This document shows, in pieces, positions 32,725 through 43,195 of a stretch of DNA of 64,000 bases. The translations under genes were made by a program, and so were the position numbers. The notes under the pieces were generated by a model. The model was not told where the DNA came from. It did no database searches and saw only the letters and a program-made list of their open reading frames with translations. The stretch comes from Candidatus Bathyarchaeota archaeon (GTDB taxonomy: Archaea; Thermoproteota; Bathyarchaeia; Bathyarchaeales; Bathycorpusculaceae), in contig CAVYHV010000008.1 of the NCBI GenBank assembly GCA_963768425.1, positions 96,001 to 160,000 on the forward strand. Direction: 5' to 3'. Every line of letters begins with the position of its first letter. The stretch's first letter is position 1.

Positions 32725-33170
32725 ATATCCAAAATAAACTCTAAAACAGCGCTGTCCTTTTCTCGGATAATCATCATTCTATGGTAAGTTACAGCTTTGA
32801 CGCCGACTTTCTGAGGGTGCTTCTGTGCGTCATATTTTTCGCCCCAAATTTTTGCTTTAAACGTGAAGTTTTCTTCGGTTTCTTTCCAGTCGGTTATTTC
32901 AAATTTGGAGTAAAACATCCCTTCGGTTTCGAACTTTACAAGCAGGTTTTCCAGCCAATTGTAAAGCAGCGCATATTGGTCTTCCGCTTCCACCTCAAGG
33001 TTTTCCTGCTTGGTTTGAGCAATTTTGTCAGTGTCAGTCATAACCTCAAACATTGCAAGCGCAGAGTTTGCGTAAGCTTCCTCCATGCTTTTCCCAAAAG
33101 CTCGAATGTAGACGTCTGCAGTGTGTTCTAAGAACTCGAATTTTCCGGCGAATTTTTGAGGAGTATCCAT
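32721..33170 (-). CDS. Archease
   Basis: FLEHTAD, VKAVTYH, C-terminal LDI. Confidence 0.93.
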   Translation of the reverse strand: MDTPQKFAGKFEFLEHTADVYIRAFGKSMEEAYANSALAMFEVMTDTDKIAQTKQENLEVEAEDQYALLYNWLENLLVKFETEGMFYSKFEITDWKETEENFTFKAKIWGEKYDAQKHPQKVGVKAVTYHRMMIIREKDSAVLEFILDI

Positions 33171-33238
33171 TTTAGCGCGTCACTATCTAATCAATGGTGT
33201 TGAAGAGCTAAAAACACTTTCGATGGAAGCCTGGAGGC

Positions 33239-34288
33239 TTAAAAGTATCGTGAGGTCCTTTGTATGGCGGCAACTGTTAGTTTCGCCGAGTTTTCAATGT
33301 CCTTCAAGCTTAGCATCCCAACGGGACTGTGGATGTAGCGTGTTCCAATCGATATGTTGCCGCTTGGGATTCCCTGCCTTGTTAGGGAAATGCGTGCAGC
33401 ATCCGTTGAACCCATCAATCCTGTTTCAATTTGGAAAGGAATTTTTTCTTCGCCCGCCGAATCCAAAAGCCAACGCAGAACCTTCGGGTGCGTAATCAGA
33501 CCCGAATCTGAAATTGTTACTGCAGGACCATTTCCCATTTTGACGCTTGCGTCATATTCTCTTACCCCTGGAACGTCGCCCGCTATCGTTACATCGAGAG
33601 CTATCGCCACATCAGGGTCAATATTGAAAGCTGCCGCGCCGGCGCCCCGCAAACCTACTTCTTCCTGAACGGTTCCAACGGCATAGACAGTGTAATCGGT
33701 CTTTCCTAACAGCTTAAGCGTTTCAACCATCGCGGCGCAGCCTGCTCGGTTATCGAAAGCTTTGCCTAAGGCAACATCTCTACCTAACGGTACATATTTT
33801 ATGTTAAAACCGACAGGATCGCCTACTGCAACTCCCATCGCTAAAGCATCTTCGCGGTTTTCTGCTCCCACATCAATGAAGAGCTCGTCCGACGTGATAA
33901 TTTTTTTGCGTTCTTCCTCTTTTTGGATGTGGGGCGGTTTTGAGCCGATTATGCCTGGGAAAGAGTCTTTTTTAGAAAAGACTGTAACCATTTGAGCGGG
34001 TAAGATGCGGTCATCAATTCCGCCCATCTTGGCGAACTGTAAAAAGCCATCTTTCGTGATTGTCTTCACCATTAACCCGACTTCATCCATGTGAGCGGCG
34101 AGCATTATTTTAGTCGACTTTTCTTTCCCTTTTTTTATGCCCACTACGTTTTCAAGTTTATCAACAATTATTTCGTCAACGTAAGGCGTCATGAGCCTGA
34201 TCATTAACTCACGAACCTCGCTTTCTCTGCCCGTGACACCGCAGGCGTTCGAAAGCTTTTCTAAATTTTCATGTAAAGACAAGTGCAT
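33239..34288 (-). CDS. M42 family aminopeptidase (TET-like)
   Basis: AHMDEVG, KAFDNR, QEEVGLRGA, TDA, RYIHS. Confidence 0.93.
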   Translation of the reverse strand: MHLSLHENLEKLSNACGVTGRESEVRELMIRLMTPYVDEIIVDKLENVVGIKKGKEKSTKIMLAAHMDEVGLMVKTITKDGFLQFAKMGGIDDRILPAQMVTVFSKKDSFPGIIGSKPPHIQKEEERKKIITSDELFIDVGAENREDALAMGVAVGDPVGFNIKYVPLGRDVALGKAFDNRAGCAAMVETLKLLGKTDYTVYAVGTVQEEVGLRGAGAAAFNIDPDVAIALDVTIAGDVPGVREYDASVKMGNGPAVTISDSGLITHPKVLRWLLDSAGEEKIPFQIETGLMGSTDAARISLTRQGIPSGNISIGTRYIHSPVGMLSLKDIENSAKLTVAAIQRTSRYF

Positions 34289-34594
34289 GATCCTCGTTCA
34301 AAGTTTATCTGAATACAACTTTGAGGGTGATGTTATTAAAAAATTACGGTTGACAGCCCCATCATGCATGGCTCTTAGAACAAAATGCCTCTTTCTCGAT
34401 TTCAACTAACTTTTTCATACCAAATCAAGATTAACGCTTACTGCGTTTTTAGCGCGGGTTCAATTCCCCGTTCTTCAACCCAAAATCATAGATCGGCAAA
34501 ATCAATTCAATAGTTTTCCAAAAAATATCGAATATGACAACTTTTAAATGCTCAACAAACATAAAATTCCTACTAAATAAGGGGTAAATTCAAA

Positions 34595-35482
34595 TTGTCA
34601 GAAATGCAACAACAACCGACTCCGAGAAAGATTGGAATTTTCAAGTGTGGAAACATTGGGACGTCACCTTGTCTCGAGCTTCTATTGGATGAATTAGCTG
34701 ACAGAAAAGACATCAAGGTTCGGACTGTAACGACGGGTTCAAAGATGGGAGCCGACGATGTCGAAGAAGCCCTGCCTAAAATCTTTGAATTTAATCCTGA
34801 AGTCATGGTTATAATTTCGCCTAACACCGCGTTGCCTGGTCCCTCTAAAGCACGGGAAGCCGTGGCAAGCAGAAAGCTGCCTGGAATTGTTATAACCGAT
34901 TCTCCCGGCAAACGTGTCAAAGGAGACATTGAAAAACAGGGTCTAGGCTACATTATAATCACAGGTGATCCGCTTATCGGGGCAAGAAAAGAGTTTTTAG
35001 ACCCAATTGAAATGGCAATTTTTAACTCGAACATAAACAAAGTCCTTGCAATAACAGGCGTCTATAGGATTGTGTACCAGGAGATTGACAAAGTCATTTA
35101 CGCCATCGAAGCCGGATTGCCTCCAATACTGCCCAAGGTAGTTATCGACATTACAACCATTAGAGATCAAAACTTCTTTAACAACCCCTACGCGAAAGCT
35201 AAAGCAATCGCAGCCTACGGAATGGCTGAGAAAGTCGCCGACATAAACACCTTAGCATGCTTCATGGAGAAAGAACATGAAAAATACATTCCATTAGTGG
35301 CCTCCGCCCACGAGGTGGCTCAAGCGGCTGCTAGGCTGGCTGAAGAAGCACGGGAAATCGAGAAGTACACTGATGAAGTGTTGAGGAAGCCTCACGCGAA
35401 GGACGGGAAGCTGAAATATAAGACTAAGCTGATGGCACAACCGATTCTTGATGAGGAGAGCTATAGCCAAAACAATCCCTAA
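34595..35482 (+). CDS. mtd: F420-dependent methylene-H4MPT dehydrogenase
   Basis: KCGNIGTS..LLDELADRKDI, SPN, DPLIGARKEFLDP.EMA, NPYAKAKA. Confidence 0.92.
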   Translation: MSEMQQQPTPRKIGIFKCGNIGTSPCLELLLDELADRKDIKVRTVTTGSKMGADDVEEALPKIFEFNPEVMVIISPNTALPGPSKAREAVASRKLPGIVITDSPGKRVKGDIEKQGLGYIIITGDPLIGARKEFLDPIEMAIFNSNINKVLAITGVYRIVYQEIDKVIYAIEAGLPPILPKVVIDITTIRDQNFFNNPYAKAKAIAAYGMAEKVADINTLACFMEKEHEKYIPLVASAHEVAQAAARLAEEAREIEKYTDEVLRKPHAKDGKLKYKTKLMAQPILDEESYSQNNP

Positions 35483-35881
35483 ACTTTTTCCTAACTTTTC
35501 TTTTCTTAAAATCCTTTCAAGAGTCCATATCCAAGGCGGGTACGGATGATGTACTGCCGCAGTATTCGAAAATCAAATCAGAAAGGTCTCCCGCCGAGGA
35601 GGTAGGTTCTTTCTTGTGTGTACAAGCCGACCGGTCGGGTCGATGCGTATACAATTTGTATATACACTTTGCATATACAGTGAGCAAGCGGACGCCTAAA
35701 AAATTAAGACTTTAGATTTAATCCCCAACTCTATGAAAGCTTCAAACATGCTGTATATGCGGTATATGTAGATATATTCGAAGTTGGCTATGTGTATATA
35801 CCATATATAACTTTACATAGCGTATTTCGGCTAAGTATATATCCGCGGTTGCTCTCTTCTGAAAGGCAGAGGTTAACAAAC

Positions 35882-37597
35882 ATGGAAACTCTCGAACTAA
35901 AACCTTTAGAAAAGAAGAAATTCAACGTCTTACTGCTGGAAAAAGAGTACAACGAACAATTCTGGGTAACCGAGCCGCCAGCAAACTCGAACTCACTCAA
36001 AGCATTGCAAAAGCCGTCAATAGGGTTCTACAAATTTCTCGAAAACCTAGTTAGCAAAGTCAACGTTGACTTCGTCACTGATGAGCTGGGCAACCGTTCC
36101 AAATTAGACTTCGACGGAAGCATTAGCACTGACATTTTACACAAAAGCAACATCCCATACTTCGCTGTAGAAATGGACGCAACCGCGAAAGACTACATCG
36201 GAGACGTTATCGCTAAGAAAATAAACTCACTAAATGACTTGTTAAAAGCTTTGGACAATCTGCCAAAGCAAAAAACCGATTCAATGGAAAAAGAATACTT
36301 GATCGCTCTCGGCCAAAGTCTCCAATTCGAGATAGAAGAGCATCAAAAAGAAGTAAACTTCTCGATTAGAGAGAGCTGGCTAGCAATGGGTATTCTGAAT
36401 CACGCAAGAGAAATCAAAGGCAAAGAAGAAATTACCTGTCTTCATATCTGCAGTCCCGAGCACATGACCGGCATAAAGCAGATACTTGAATCAATGAATG
36501 CAAAAGTTGAGACTGCGAAGCTCTCAAAGAAAGTTATCGCGGCAAGCACAGAAGTACCTTCCTCTCACGAGATGGAAAACTGGTTGGAGTCAATCCAAAT
36601 CCAAGTTAAACCAACAATGGGCAAAAGCGCAGAAGAAGCACCATACCTGCTATTCTACATCGACACAGACGTTAAAGCAAGTCCATTCGACATCTGCATG
36701 GCATACGACGTCGGCTACGACGCAGTCATACCCTACGAAAACGTAAATCCGGAAGACGCAAAAAACATCACTCAAGATGCCTTGCTTTCCAGAGGACCCA
36801 AAGGAGTTAAACACACAGCTTTCATGATCGGCGGAAAAAACGCTGAACGAAGCGAAGAAGTCTTTCAAGCAGTAAAAGACTCAATGTTCCCACCATTCAA
36901 AACAAGCATAATAATTGACCCAGCAGGCGCCTACACCACCGCAGCAGCAATGGTTGCAAAAGCAGAAAACGCATTGGTCACATACAAACTTGGCGAGCTA
37001 AAAGACAAAACATGCGCCATCATGGGAACCGGTGCAGTCGGCCAAATCGCTGCAGTCCTTCTCGCTAAAATGGGCTGCAAAGTTATGATTGCCAGCCTGA
37101 ACCCGAAACGTGCTGACGGAAAAGAGCATGCAGAAAGCATTGGGAAGCTACTTGCCAAAGACCACGGAGTTCAAGTGCAAGGCGTATTCGCACCGACACC
37201 AGCTTCAAAAACCGAGATTATACAGAAAGCTGACGTAATCATGTGCGCTGGAGTCAAAGGCGTCCGCATTATCGACAAAGAAATGCTCAGAGAAATAAAA
37301 CACATGAAGCTCCTACTTGACATAAACGCGGTTCCACCCTTCGGCGTAGAAGGAATCGAGCTCAAAGATGACATGAAAGAAATGCTACCTGGCATATTCG
37401 TAATCGGCGCTCTGAGCGTAGGCGACTTGAAACACAAAGTGGAGAAAGAAATGCTGCGAGATGCACGAAGCAACGGAAAAGAAGTCTATAACTTTAACGT
37501 AGCATTGCCAATGGCAAGAAAAATGTTGGAAAAAGATCTACTACCTTCGAAGCTGGCAATGACGCTGAATTATCAATCGACAAAGAAACCCGCATAG
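35882..37597 (+). CDS. NAD(P)-dependent methylene-H4MPT dehydrogenase (MtdA/MtdB-like) with ~250-aa extra N-terminal domain
   Basis: SPFDICMAYD, SRGP, MFPPF..DPAGAYTTAAA, GTGAVG, DINAVPP, GAL.VG.LK. Confidence 0.8.
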   Translation: METLELKPLEKKKFNVLLLEKEYNEQFWVTEPPANSNSLKALQKPSIGFYKFLENLVSKVNVDFVTDELGNRSKLDFDGSISTDILHKSNIPYFAVEMDATAKDYIGDVIAKKINSLNDLLKALDNLPKQKTDSMEKEYLIALGQSLQFEIEEHQKEVNFSIRESWLAMGILNHAREIKGKEEITCLHICSPEHMTGIKQILESMNAKVETAKLSKKVIAASTEVPSSHEMENWLESIQIQVKPTMGKSAEEAPYLLFYIDTDVKASPFDICMAYDVGYDAVIPYENVNPEDAKNITQDALLSRGPKGVKHTAFMIGGKNAERSEEVFQAVKDSMFPPFKTSIIIDPAGAYTTAAAMVAKAENALVTYKLGELKDKTCAIMGTGAVGQIAAVLLAKMGCKVMIASLNPKRADGKEHAESIGKLLAKDHGVQVQGVFAPTPASKTEIIQKADVIMCAGVKGVRIIDKEMLREIKHMKLLLDINAVPPFGVEGIELKDDMKEMLPGIFVIGALSVGDLKHKVEKEMLRDARSNGKEVYNFNVALPMARKMLEKDLLPSKLAMTLNYQSTKKPA

Positions 37598-37622
37598 GGT
37601 ATCTTTCTTTTTTATGTCTTTT

Positions 37623-38642
37623 TTATGTAGGAACTTTGAACGCGTGGTTCACGGTAACTTCCGCGATGTTTGCTGCATAGAAAGCAATTCTTTTTATGTC
37701 CTCTCGGATCGAACATACCGCGCAAATCAACTCGGGTTTCTTGTTGCTTATGAAAGTTGTGCTTGCTATTTCTTGATCTAGTTTTTCAATTCTCTTGGTT
37801 TGTTTCATTATTTCAACTGAAAAGTCAGGGTCGTGTTGGAAGAAAGCGTTGACGGCTTTAATGTATAAATCGACTACCTCCGTTCCTTCATCGACTATAA
37901 GCTCCAACAAGTTGGAGGGTATTTTTTCTCCAGTTCCATCTATCATGATGATGTGTTTGGCTATATCTGCCACATAGTCTGCGGCATGTTCGATGAGCAC
38001 GGAGAGGTATTGGTAGTCCATGCAGTCAAGGGGGTCCAAACGCAGTTCGTTTGCTAGAACTGGACTTTGAGCTGCGTTTCGTAGTATTCTAAGGATGAGG
38101 AAGTGGAATTGATCGACGTCGTCATCAAGTGAAAAAACAGATTTTGCAAGTGTGACGTCGTTGTTCTTCAGAGCTGTGAAAACATCCTCGCACATGGAGT
38201 AGGATATCAGATGCATTCTTTGCACTGCTTGGTCAAGTGAAGCTTTTGATTCGTCAGTTAGCGTTTGAAGGTAAACTCCTCTTGAATCCGACTCCATTAT
38301 TCTCATGTAAAGCCTACCTGCGATGTACCGTATAGCTTTCCTTTGAGGAACAGAGAGGATTTTTTCTGCTATGAGCGTGATTCCCGAATACCCGTTCAAG
38401 AATGACCCAATGATTTTTTGCGTTATTAATGTTTCATCATCGTTGTGTCCTATCTTAATTGTTGTCTCTTTGGGCTGCGACTTTTTCTCAGCCCCAGGAT
38501 AAACAACTAATGATCGGTCGCGTTGGATTGCGTACGAAACGACATCTCCCTTGTTTAGTTCGTTTAGTGTCATCCAGTTTTTTGGAAGAGAAATCACCAT
38601 TGAGGATCTGCCTAACGACATTATTCTGCGTTCCATAGTCAT
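37623..38642 (-). CDS. AbrB-PhoU phosphate uptake regulator
   Basis: RRIMSLGRSSMVISLPKNW plus two PhoU domains (DDDVD, EHAADY). Confidence 0.88.
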   Translation of the reverse strand: MTMERRIMSLGRSSMVISLPKNWMTLNELNKGDVVSYAIQRDRSLVVYPGAEKKSQPKETTIKIGHNDDETLITQKIIGSFLNGYSGITLIAEKILSVPQRKAIRYIAGRLYMRIMESDSRGVYLQTLTDESKASLDQAVQRMHLISYSMCEDVFTALKNNDVTLAKSVFSLDDDVDQFHFLILRILRNAAQSPVLANELRLDPLDCMDYQYLSVLIEHAADYVADIAKHIIMIDGTGEKIPSNLLELIVDEGTEVVDLYIKAVNAFFQHDPDFSVEIMKQTKRIEKLDQEIASTTFISNKKPELICAVCSIREDIKRIAFYAANIAEVTVNHAFKVPT

Positions 38643-38805
38643 GCCACCAACATACTTACAACTCTTTCATGAGTTAATACGTCACGTATTTAATATATAC
38701 TGTATTATCAAGTAGAATTTTTCCTGCCTTTTCACTATTGCGTCATCCAGTCATGGCAGCCCGATGCAACCTGCCTTAGAACTAAAACAAAGTTTTGGAA
38801 AGAAG

Positions 38806-39966
38806 TTAGAAAGCCTTGTTTATTCTTTCGCAGGCTTCAATTATGCGTTCTTTCGGCTGCGTAAAAGTTATCCTCACATAGCCCTCGCCGAATTTCCCAA
38901 AGCCAATTCCCGGCGTCACAGCTACTCCAGCATCAAGCAGTTTAGTGGCGAACTTCATTGAGTCGCCTTTGCAGTTTGCCCAGACATAGAATGTCGCTTT
39001 GGGTTTTTCGCATTTGTAACCGATTTTGCAGAGAGTTTCAATCAATAGGTCGCGGCGTTCCTGAAGAATTTGATTGTTTTTTCTTAGGAATTCTGGTGGT
39101 TCTTTGCCCTTGTACGATGCTAAGGCCTTGACCGCGACTTTTTGAGTGTAGACTGGTGGCCCCGAATCTATCTGTGATTTGACTTTGGCTAAGCCGCCCA
39201 CAAGGCGCTTATTTCCCACAGCGAAGCCGATGCGGTCGCCTGTCACGTTAAAGGTTTTCGAGAGCGAATGGAACTCAACGGCAACGTCCATGGAACCATC
39301 AACTTCCAGGATGCTGGGTGCCTGGTATCCGTCATAGGTTATTTCTGAGTAAGCGTTGTCGTAGCAGAGAATTATGTTGTTGTCTTTCGCGAAGTCCACG
39401 GCTTTCTTCAAGAATTTCTTGTCGACAGTGGCTGCAGTGGGGTTGTTAGGGTAGTTAAGGAACATCATCTTTGCGCCCTTGGCATCGATGGATTCGAAGT
39501 CAGGTTGGAAACTGTTCTTCTCCAGAAGAGGAATCGGAACCACTATACCGTCGCAGAGGATTGTGCTCCCGTTAGCGTAGACTGGGTAGCCTGGGTCAGG
39601 GACCAAAACGCGATCTCCTGGATTTATAAATGCTCGGGCGATGTTTGCTAACCCTTCTTTTGAGCCTAAAAGAGCCACCACTTGATCTTGTGTTAAATCA
39701 ACATTAAACCGCTCCTTGTACCAGCTTGCGACTGCTTCCCGGAAGTCTGGTTCGCCTTGGCTGAACGAGTAGTTGTGGTTCTTAGGGTTAGTTGCCTCTT
39801 GCTTGAACGTTTCAATAATGAATTGTGGCGGCGGCAAGTCGGGATCACCGATGCTTAGGGAAATCAAGTCCACTCCTAGCGCCTTCTTTTCTTTGATGTT
39901 TTTTTCAATTTCAGCAAACAAGTATGGTGGTAACCGTTTAATTCTTTCAGCGTAGTCAAACGTCAT
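38806..39966 (-). CDS. dapL: LL-diaminopimelate aminotransferase
   Basis: LPPYLF, GSKEGL, NYPNNPT, HSLSKTF; last gene of the dap operon. Confidence 0.85.
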   Translation of the reverse strand: MTFDYAERIKRLPPYLFAEIEKNIKEKKALGVDLISLSIGDPDLPPPQFIIETFKQEATNPKNHNYSFSQGEPDFREAVASWYKERFNVDLTQDQVVALLGSKEGLANIARAFINPGDRVLVPDPGYPVYANGSTILCDGIVVPIPLLEKNSFQPDFESIDAKGAKMMFLNYPNNPTAATVDKKFLKKAVDFAKDNNIILCYDNAYSEITYDGYQAPSILEVDGSMDVAVEFHSLSKTFNVTGDRIGFAVGNKRLVGGLAKVKSQIDSGPPVYTQKVAVKALASYKGKEPPEFLRKNNQILQERRDLLIETLCKIGYKCEKPKATFYVWANCKGDSMKFATKLLDAGVAVTPGIGFGKFGEGYVRITFTQPKERIIEACERINKAF

Positions 39967-39968
39967 GT

Positions 39969-40805
39969 CTATGCCTCGTCAAACAGGGTTCCTTCAAAGA
40001 CTTTCTTTGCTTCTCCGCTCAAGAAAAGCTTTCCTGCATCTACTTCAACTTTCAGACAGCCACCTATCAAGTGAACTGTAACTTTATCCCCAACTTTTCC
40101 AAGCCTGTTTGCGGCAGCTACCGAGGCGCAGGTTCCCGTCCCGCAAGCGAAGGTTTCTCCGCAGCCACGTTCCCAAACCCGAATTTTCAGCTGGCTTGTG
40201 CTCAAGACTTGGACGAAGTCGACGTTGGTTCTTTTTGGAAAAACCTTGTTATTTTCAATGATTGATCCGATTTCTTCAACTGGGAAATTGTCCACGTTGT
40301 CGACGAATATGACGCAGTGTGGGTTGCCAATTGAAAGGCAGGTGACCTTGAAGACTTCTTCGTCAACTTCAAAGTTTTCGTTTACGCAGGTTCCTTCCCC
40401 GACCATGGGCAGAGAGTTTCTTTCCCAATTAGGTTTGCCCATATCAACCTTGACAGCCTCCACAACGTTTCCTTTTACTGTTAGCATGACAAGTTTGACG
40501 CCTGAGAGAGTTTCAACATAGAACTCTTCTTTTTTGACTATGCCGGTTTCGAAGCAGTATTTGGCAAAGCATCTTATTCCGTTGCCGCACATCTCAGCTT
40601 CGGATCCGTCAGCGTTGAAAATCCTCATCTTGGCGTCAGCCGATTTAGACTCTGAAAGCAAGAGTAGCCCGTCTGCACCTATTGAAAAGCGGCGTTCACA
40701 AAGATGCTTTGCCAAATTCGAAGCTTGGCGGCTGTTGATGTCGTTGTCCCTGTTGTCGACTACAATATAGTCGTTACCTAAGCCATGCATCTTCCAGAAC
40801 CGCAT
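39969..40805 (-). CDS. dapF: Diaminopimelate epimerase
   Basis: KMHGLGND, EMCGNG, GNPH, ERGCGET.ACGTG. Confidence 0.95.
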   Translation of the reverse strand: MRFWKMHGLGNDYIVVDNRDNDINSRQASNLAKHLCERRFSIGADGLLLLSESKSADAKMRIFNADGSEAEMCGNGIRCFAKYCFETGIVKKEEFYVETLSGVKLVMLTVKGNVVEAVKVDMGKPNWERNSLPMVGEGTCVNENFEVDEEVFKVTCLSIGNPHCVIFVDNVDNFPVEEIGSIIENNKVFPKRTNVDFVQVLSTSQLKIRVWERGCGETFACGTGTCASVAAANRLGKVGDKVTVHLIGGCLKVEVDAGKLFLSGEAKKVFEGTLFDEA

Positions 40806-42100
40806 CAAGAGGAGGACTCTTCCACGCGTTGGTTAGCGGTTAAGTTGTCAAGCTGCTCCCGTTCCCTAATGACAGTTGGTTTGCCTTGCCTAATCATGAC
40901 TTCGGCGGCTCTAGGTCTCGCGTTGTATTGCGAGCTCATGCTGAAACCGTAAGCGCCTGCGTTCAGAACAGCAAGTACATCTCCTTCTTCGATCACGGGC
41001 AGTTCACGATTTTTGGCTAGAGCGTCGCCTGACTCGCAAATTGGGCCCACTATGTCGTAAGTTTCTTTGTTCGTTGCTCCCAGCTTGTTGGCGACGACTA
41101 TCGAATGGTAGGAGCCGTACATTGTCGGGCGGATAAGCGTGTTGAAGCCAGCGTCTACGCCGACAAACTTCTTGGAAGGCGTTACCTTAACGGTGTTAAC
41201 GGTGGTCAAAAGAATGCTTGCGTCACAGACAAGATACCTTCCGGGCTCCACGCACAAGAAAGGTTTGCCCAAACCGTACTCAGCCACTTTACTTTTGAAG
41301 AGCCCGACCACTTTGCTGGAGAAGGCTGCCCAATCAAAATCTTTGTCTTCCGGACTGTATGGAACCCCGAAGCCGCCACCTATGTCGATGAAATCGAAGT
41401 TCACACCTACTTCGTCATGAACTCGCTTGGCGATGCTTAGCAGCTTTTCGACTGCCTGAATATAAGGTTCTACATCTAGGATGCCTGAGCCAATGTGCAT
41501 GTGGATGCCGAAGCGTTCCACTCTTGCTCTCTTCGCAATAGCGTAAGCCTGAATTGCTTCTTCTTCCCAGAGCCCGAATTTAGAGTCTGGGCCTGCGGTT
41601 ATGCAATGTTCGTGATGTCCAGCACCGATTTCTGGGTTGATTCGAACCGAAAGAACCTGCGGAACCCCAATTTTAAGCAGCCTCTCAATTTCGGAGAGCG
41701 AATCAATGTTTACTGTGATGTTTGCGTCTGCCAGCATTTTTAGCTCGTCGTTTCGGACGCTGGTTCCGGTGAACATGATGCGGTCTGGGGTGTACCCGCT
41801 AACCAAGCCCATGAAAACTTCGCCTGGGCTTACAGTGTCTAGATATGCGCCTTGCGACTGCATAATTTTGAGAACGGTGAGGTTCGAGTTGGCTTTTGCT
41901 GCGTAGTAGACCCGTAGGTACTTGTAGCTGCTGGTTAAGGCGTCAAAAATCCGATTATAGTTGTCTCTGAGCCGTTTCTCGCTCACCACGTAAAGTGGAG
42001 TATCATATTTCTGGGCTAGCTCCTTAACGGATACGCCGTCAAAGAATAAGCTGCCTTTACGGTCTTCTAAGGGTTCGCGAAACTTTTTTGCCTTAACCAT
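40805..42100 (-). CDS. lysA: Diaminopimelate decarboxylase
   Basis: YAAKAN, HIGS, EPGR, CESGD, GAYG. Confidence 0.95.
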   Translation of the reverse strand: MVKAKKFREPLEDRKGSLFFDGVSVKELAQKYDTPLYVVSEKRLRDNYNRIFDALTSSYKYLRVYYAAKANSNLTVLKIMQSQGAYLDTVSPGEVFMGLVSGYTPDRIMFTGTSVRNDELKMLADANITVNIDSLSEIERLLKIGVPQVLSVRINPEIGAGHHEHCITAGPDSKFGLWEEEAIQAYAIAKRARVERFGIHMHIGSGILDVEPYIQAVEKLLSIAKRVHDEVGVNFDFIDIGGGFGVPYSPEDKDFDWAAFSSKVVGLFKSKVAEYGLGKPFLCVEPGRYLVCDASILLTTVNTVKVTPSKKFVGVDAGFNTLIRPTMYGSYHSIVVANKLGATNKETYDIVGPICESGDALAKNRELPVIEEGDVLAVLNAGAYGFSMSSQYNARPRAAEVMIRQGKPTVIREREQLDNLTANQRVEESSS

Positions 42101-42136
42101 CTATTCCACCCACTTTTCTCTAAGTTACTCGGAAGC

Positions 42137-43195
42137 CTAAGCTAATCCTTTAGCAACGTAGAGTTCAGCGCTTAAAATTCCTGCGCCTGCACCGCCGCGA
42201 ACCGTGTTATGCCCGAGGCACATGTACTTGAAGGTCATTATCGGATCCTTTCGTATCCGACCGACCACAACACTCATCCCGCAGCCAGTGTCACGGTCAA
42301 AACGCGGTTGAGGCCTGTTCTTTTCGTGGCGAACTACAATAGGCTGCTTAGGCGCAGAGGGTAGCTTGAGTTTTTGGGGTTCGCCTTTGAAGTTTGCGAA
42401 CGCAGCTTCAATTTCCTCTACTGACGGGTCGCATTCTGTTTTGATGAATACCGATTCTAAATGTCCGTCTTTCACATTGACTCGGTTGCAGCTTGCGCTA
42501 AGCTTGAAGTCAGCGTTCTGAACTGATTTGCCGTCGAATGTTCCTAGAATCTTAAGGGCTTCGGCTTCCATTTTTTCTTCTTCGCCTGAAATGAATGGCA
42601 CCACATTGTCAATTATGTCAAGTGAAGCCACCCCTGGGTATCCTGCGCCGCTGAGCGCTTGCATGGTTGAAACAATAATTTGATTTAAGCCAAATTGCAC
42701 CAGGGGCTTTAGGGTAACTGCCAGCTGTATAGTGCTGCAGTTAGGATCTGTCGATATGAAGCCTTTCCAGCCTCGCATCTTCTGCTGCACCTTTATCAAC
42801 TCGACGTGTTCGGGGTTGATTTCTGGGATGAGCAATGGTACATCTTTCTCCATTCTATGTGCGCTTGCCTTGCTGAAAACAGGGAAAAGCGCCGCAAACT
42901 GTGACTCAACTGGACCAGCTAAATCTCCTGGCAACGAAGAAAATATCAAATCCACATCGCCTGCCTTCTCGACGGATTCAACGTCGGCGTTCACCACAGG
43001 CATCTCTGCGATCTCTTTAGGCAGGTTCGATTCCATAACCCATGTGCAGGCTTCGCCGTATTTTTTGCCTGCTGACCGCTCTGAAGCGGCAAGTACTTCA
43101 ATCTGGAACCACGGGTGTCCCTGAAGTAGTTGAATGAACCTTTGTCCTACGGCTCCCGTTGCACCTAAGACTGCTACTTTACGCTTAGACGACAT
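42137..43195 (-). CDS. asd: Aspartate-semialdehyde dehydrogenase
   Basis: GATGAVGQ, PNCST, QALSGAGY, HNTVRG. Confidence 0.95.
   Translation of the reverse strand: MSSKRKVAVLGATGAVGQRFIQLLQGHPWFQIEVLAASERSAGKKYGEACTWVMESNLPKEIAEMPVVNADVESVEKAGDVDLIFSSLPGDLAGPVESQFAALFPVFSKASAHRMEKDVPLLIPEINPEHVELIKVQQKMRGWKGFISTDPNCSTIQLAVTLKPLVQFGLNQIIVSTMQALSGAGYPGVASLDIIDNVVPFISGEEEKMEAEALKILGTFDGKSVQNADFKLSASCNRVNVKDGHLESVFIKTECDPSVEEIEAAFANFKGEPQKLKLPSAPKQPIVVRHEKNRPQPRFDRDTGCGMSVVVGRIRKDPIMTFKYMCLGHNTVRGGAGAGILSAELYVAKGLA

Noticed and set aside
35600-35645. GCCGACCGG..GGG as a ZTP riboswitch 3' hairpin
   Set aside because: The upstream GACTGGCG/GTGG core is missing.
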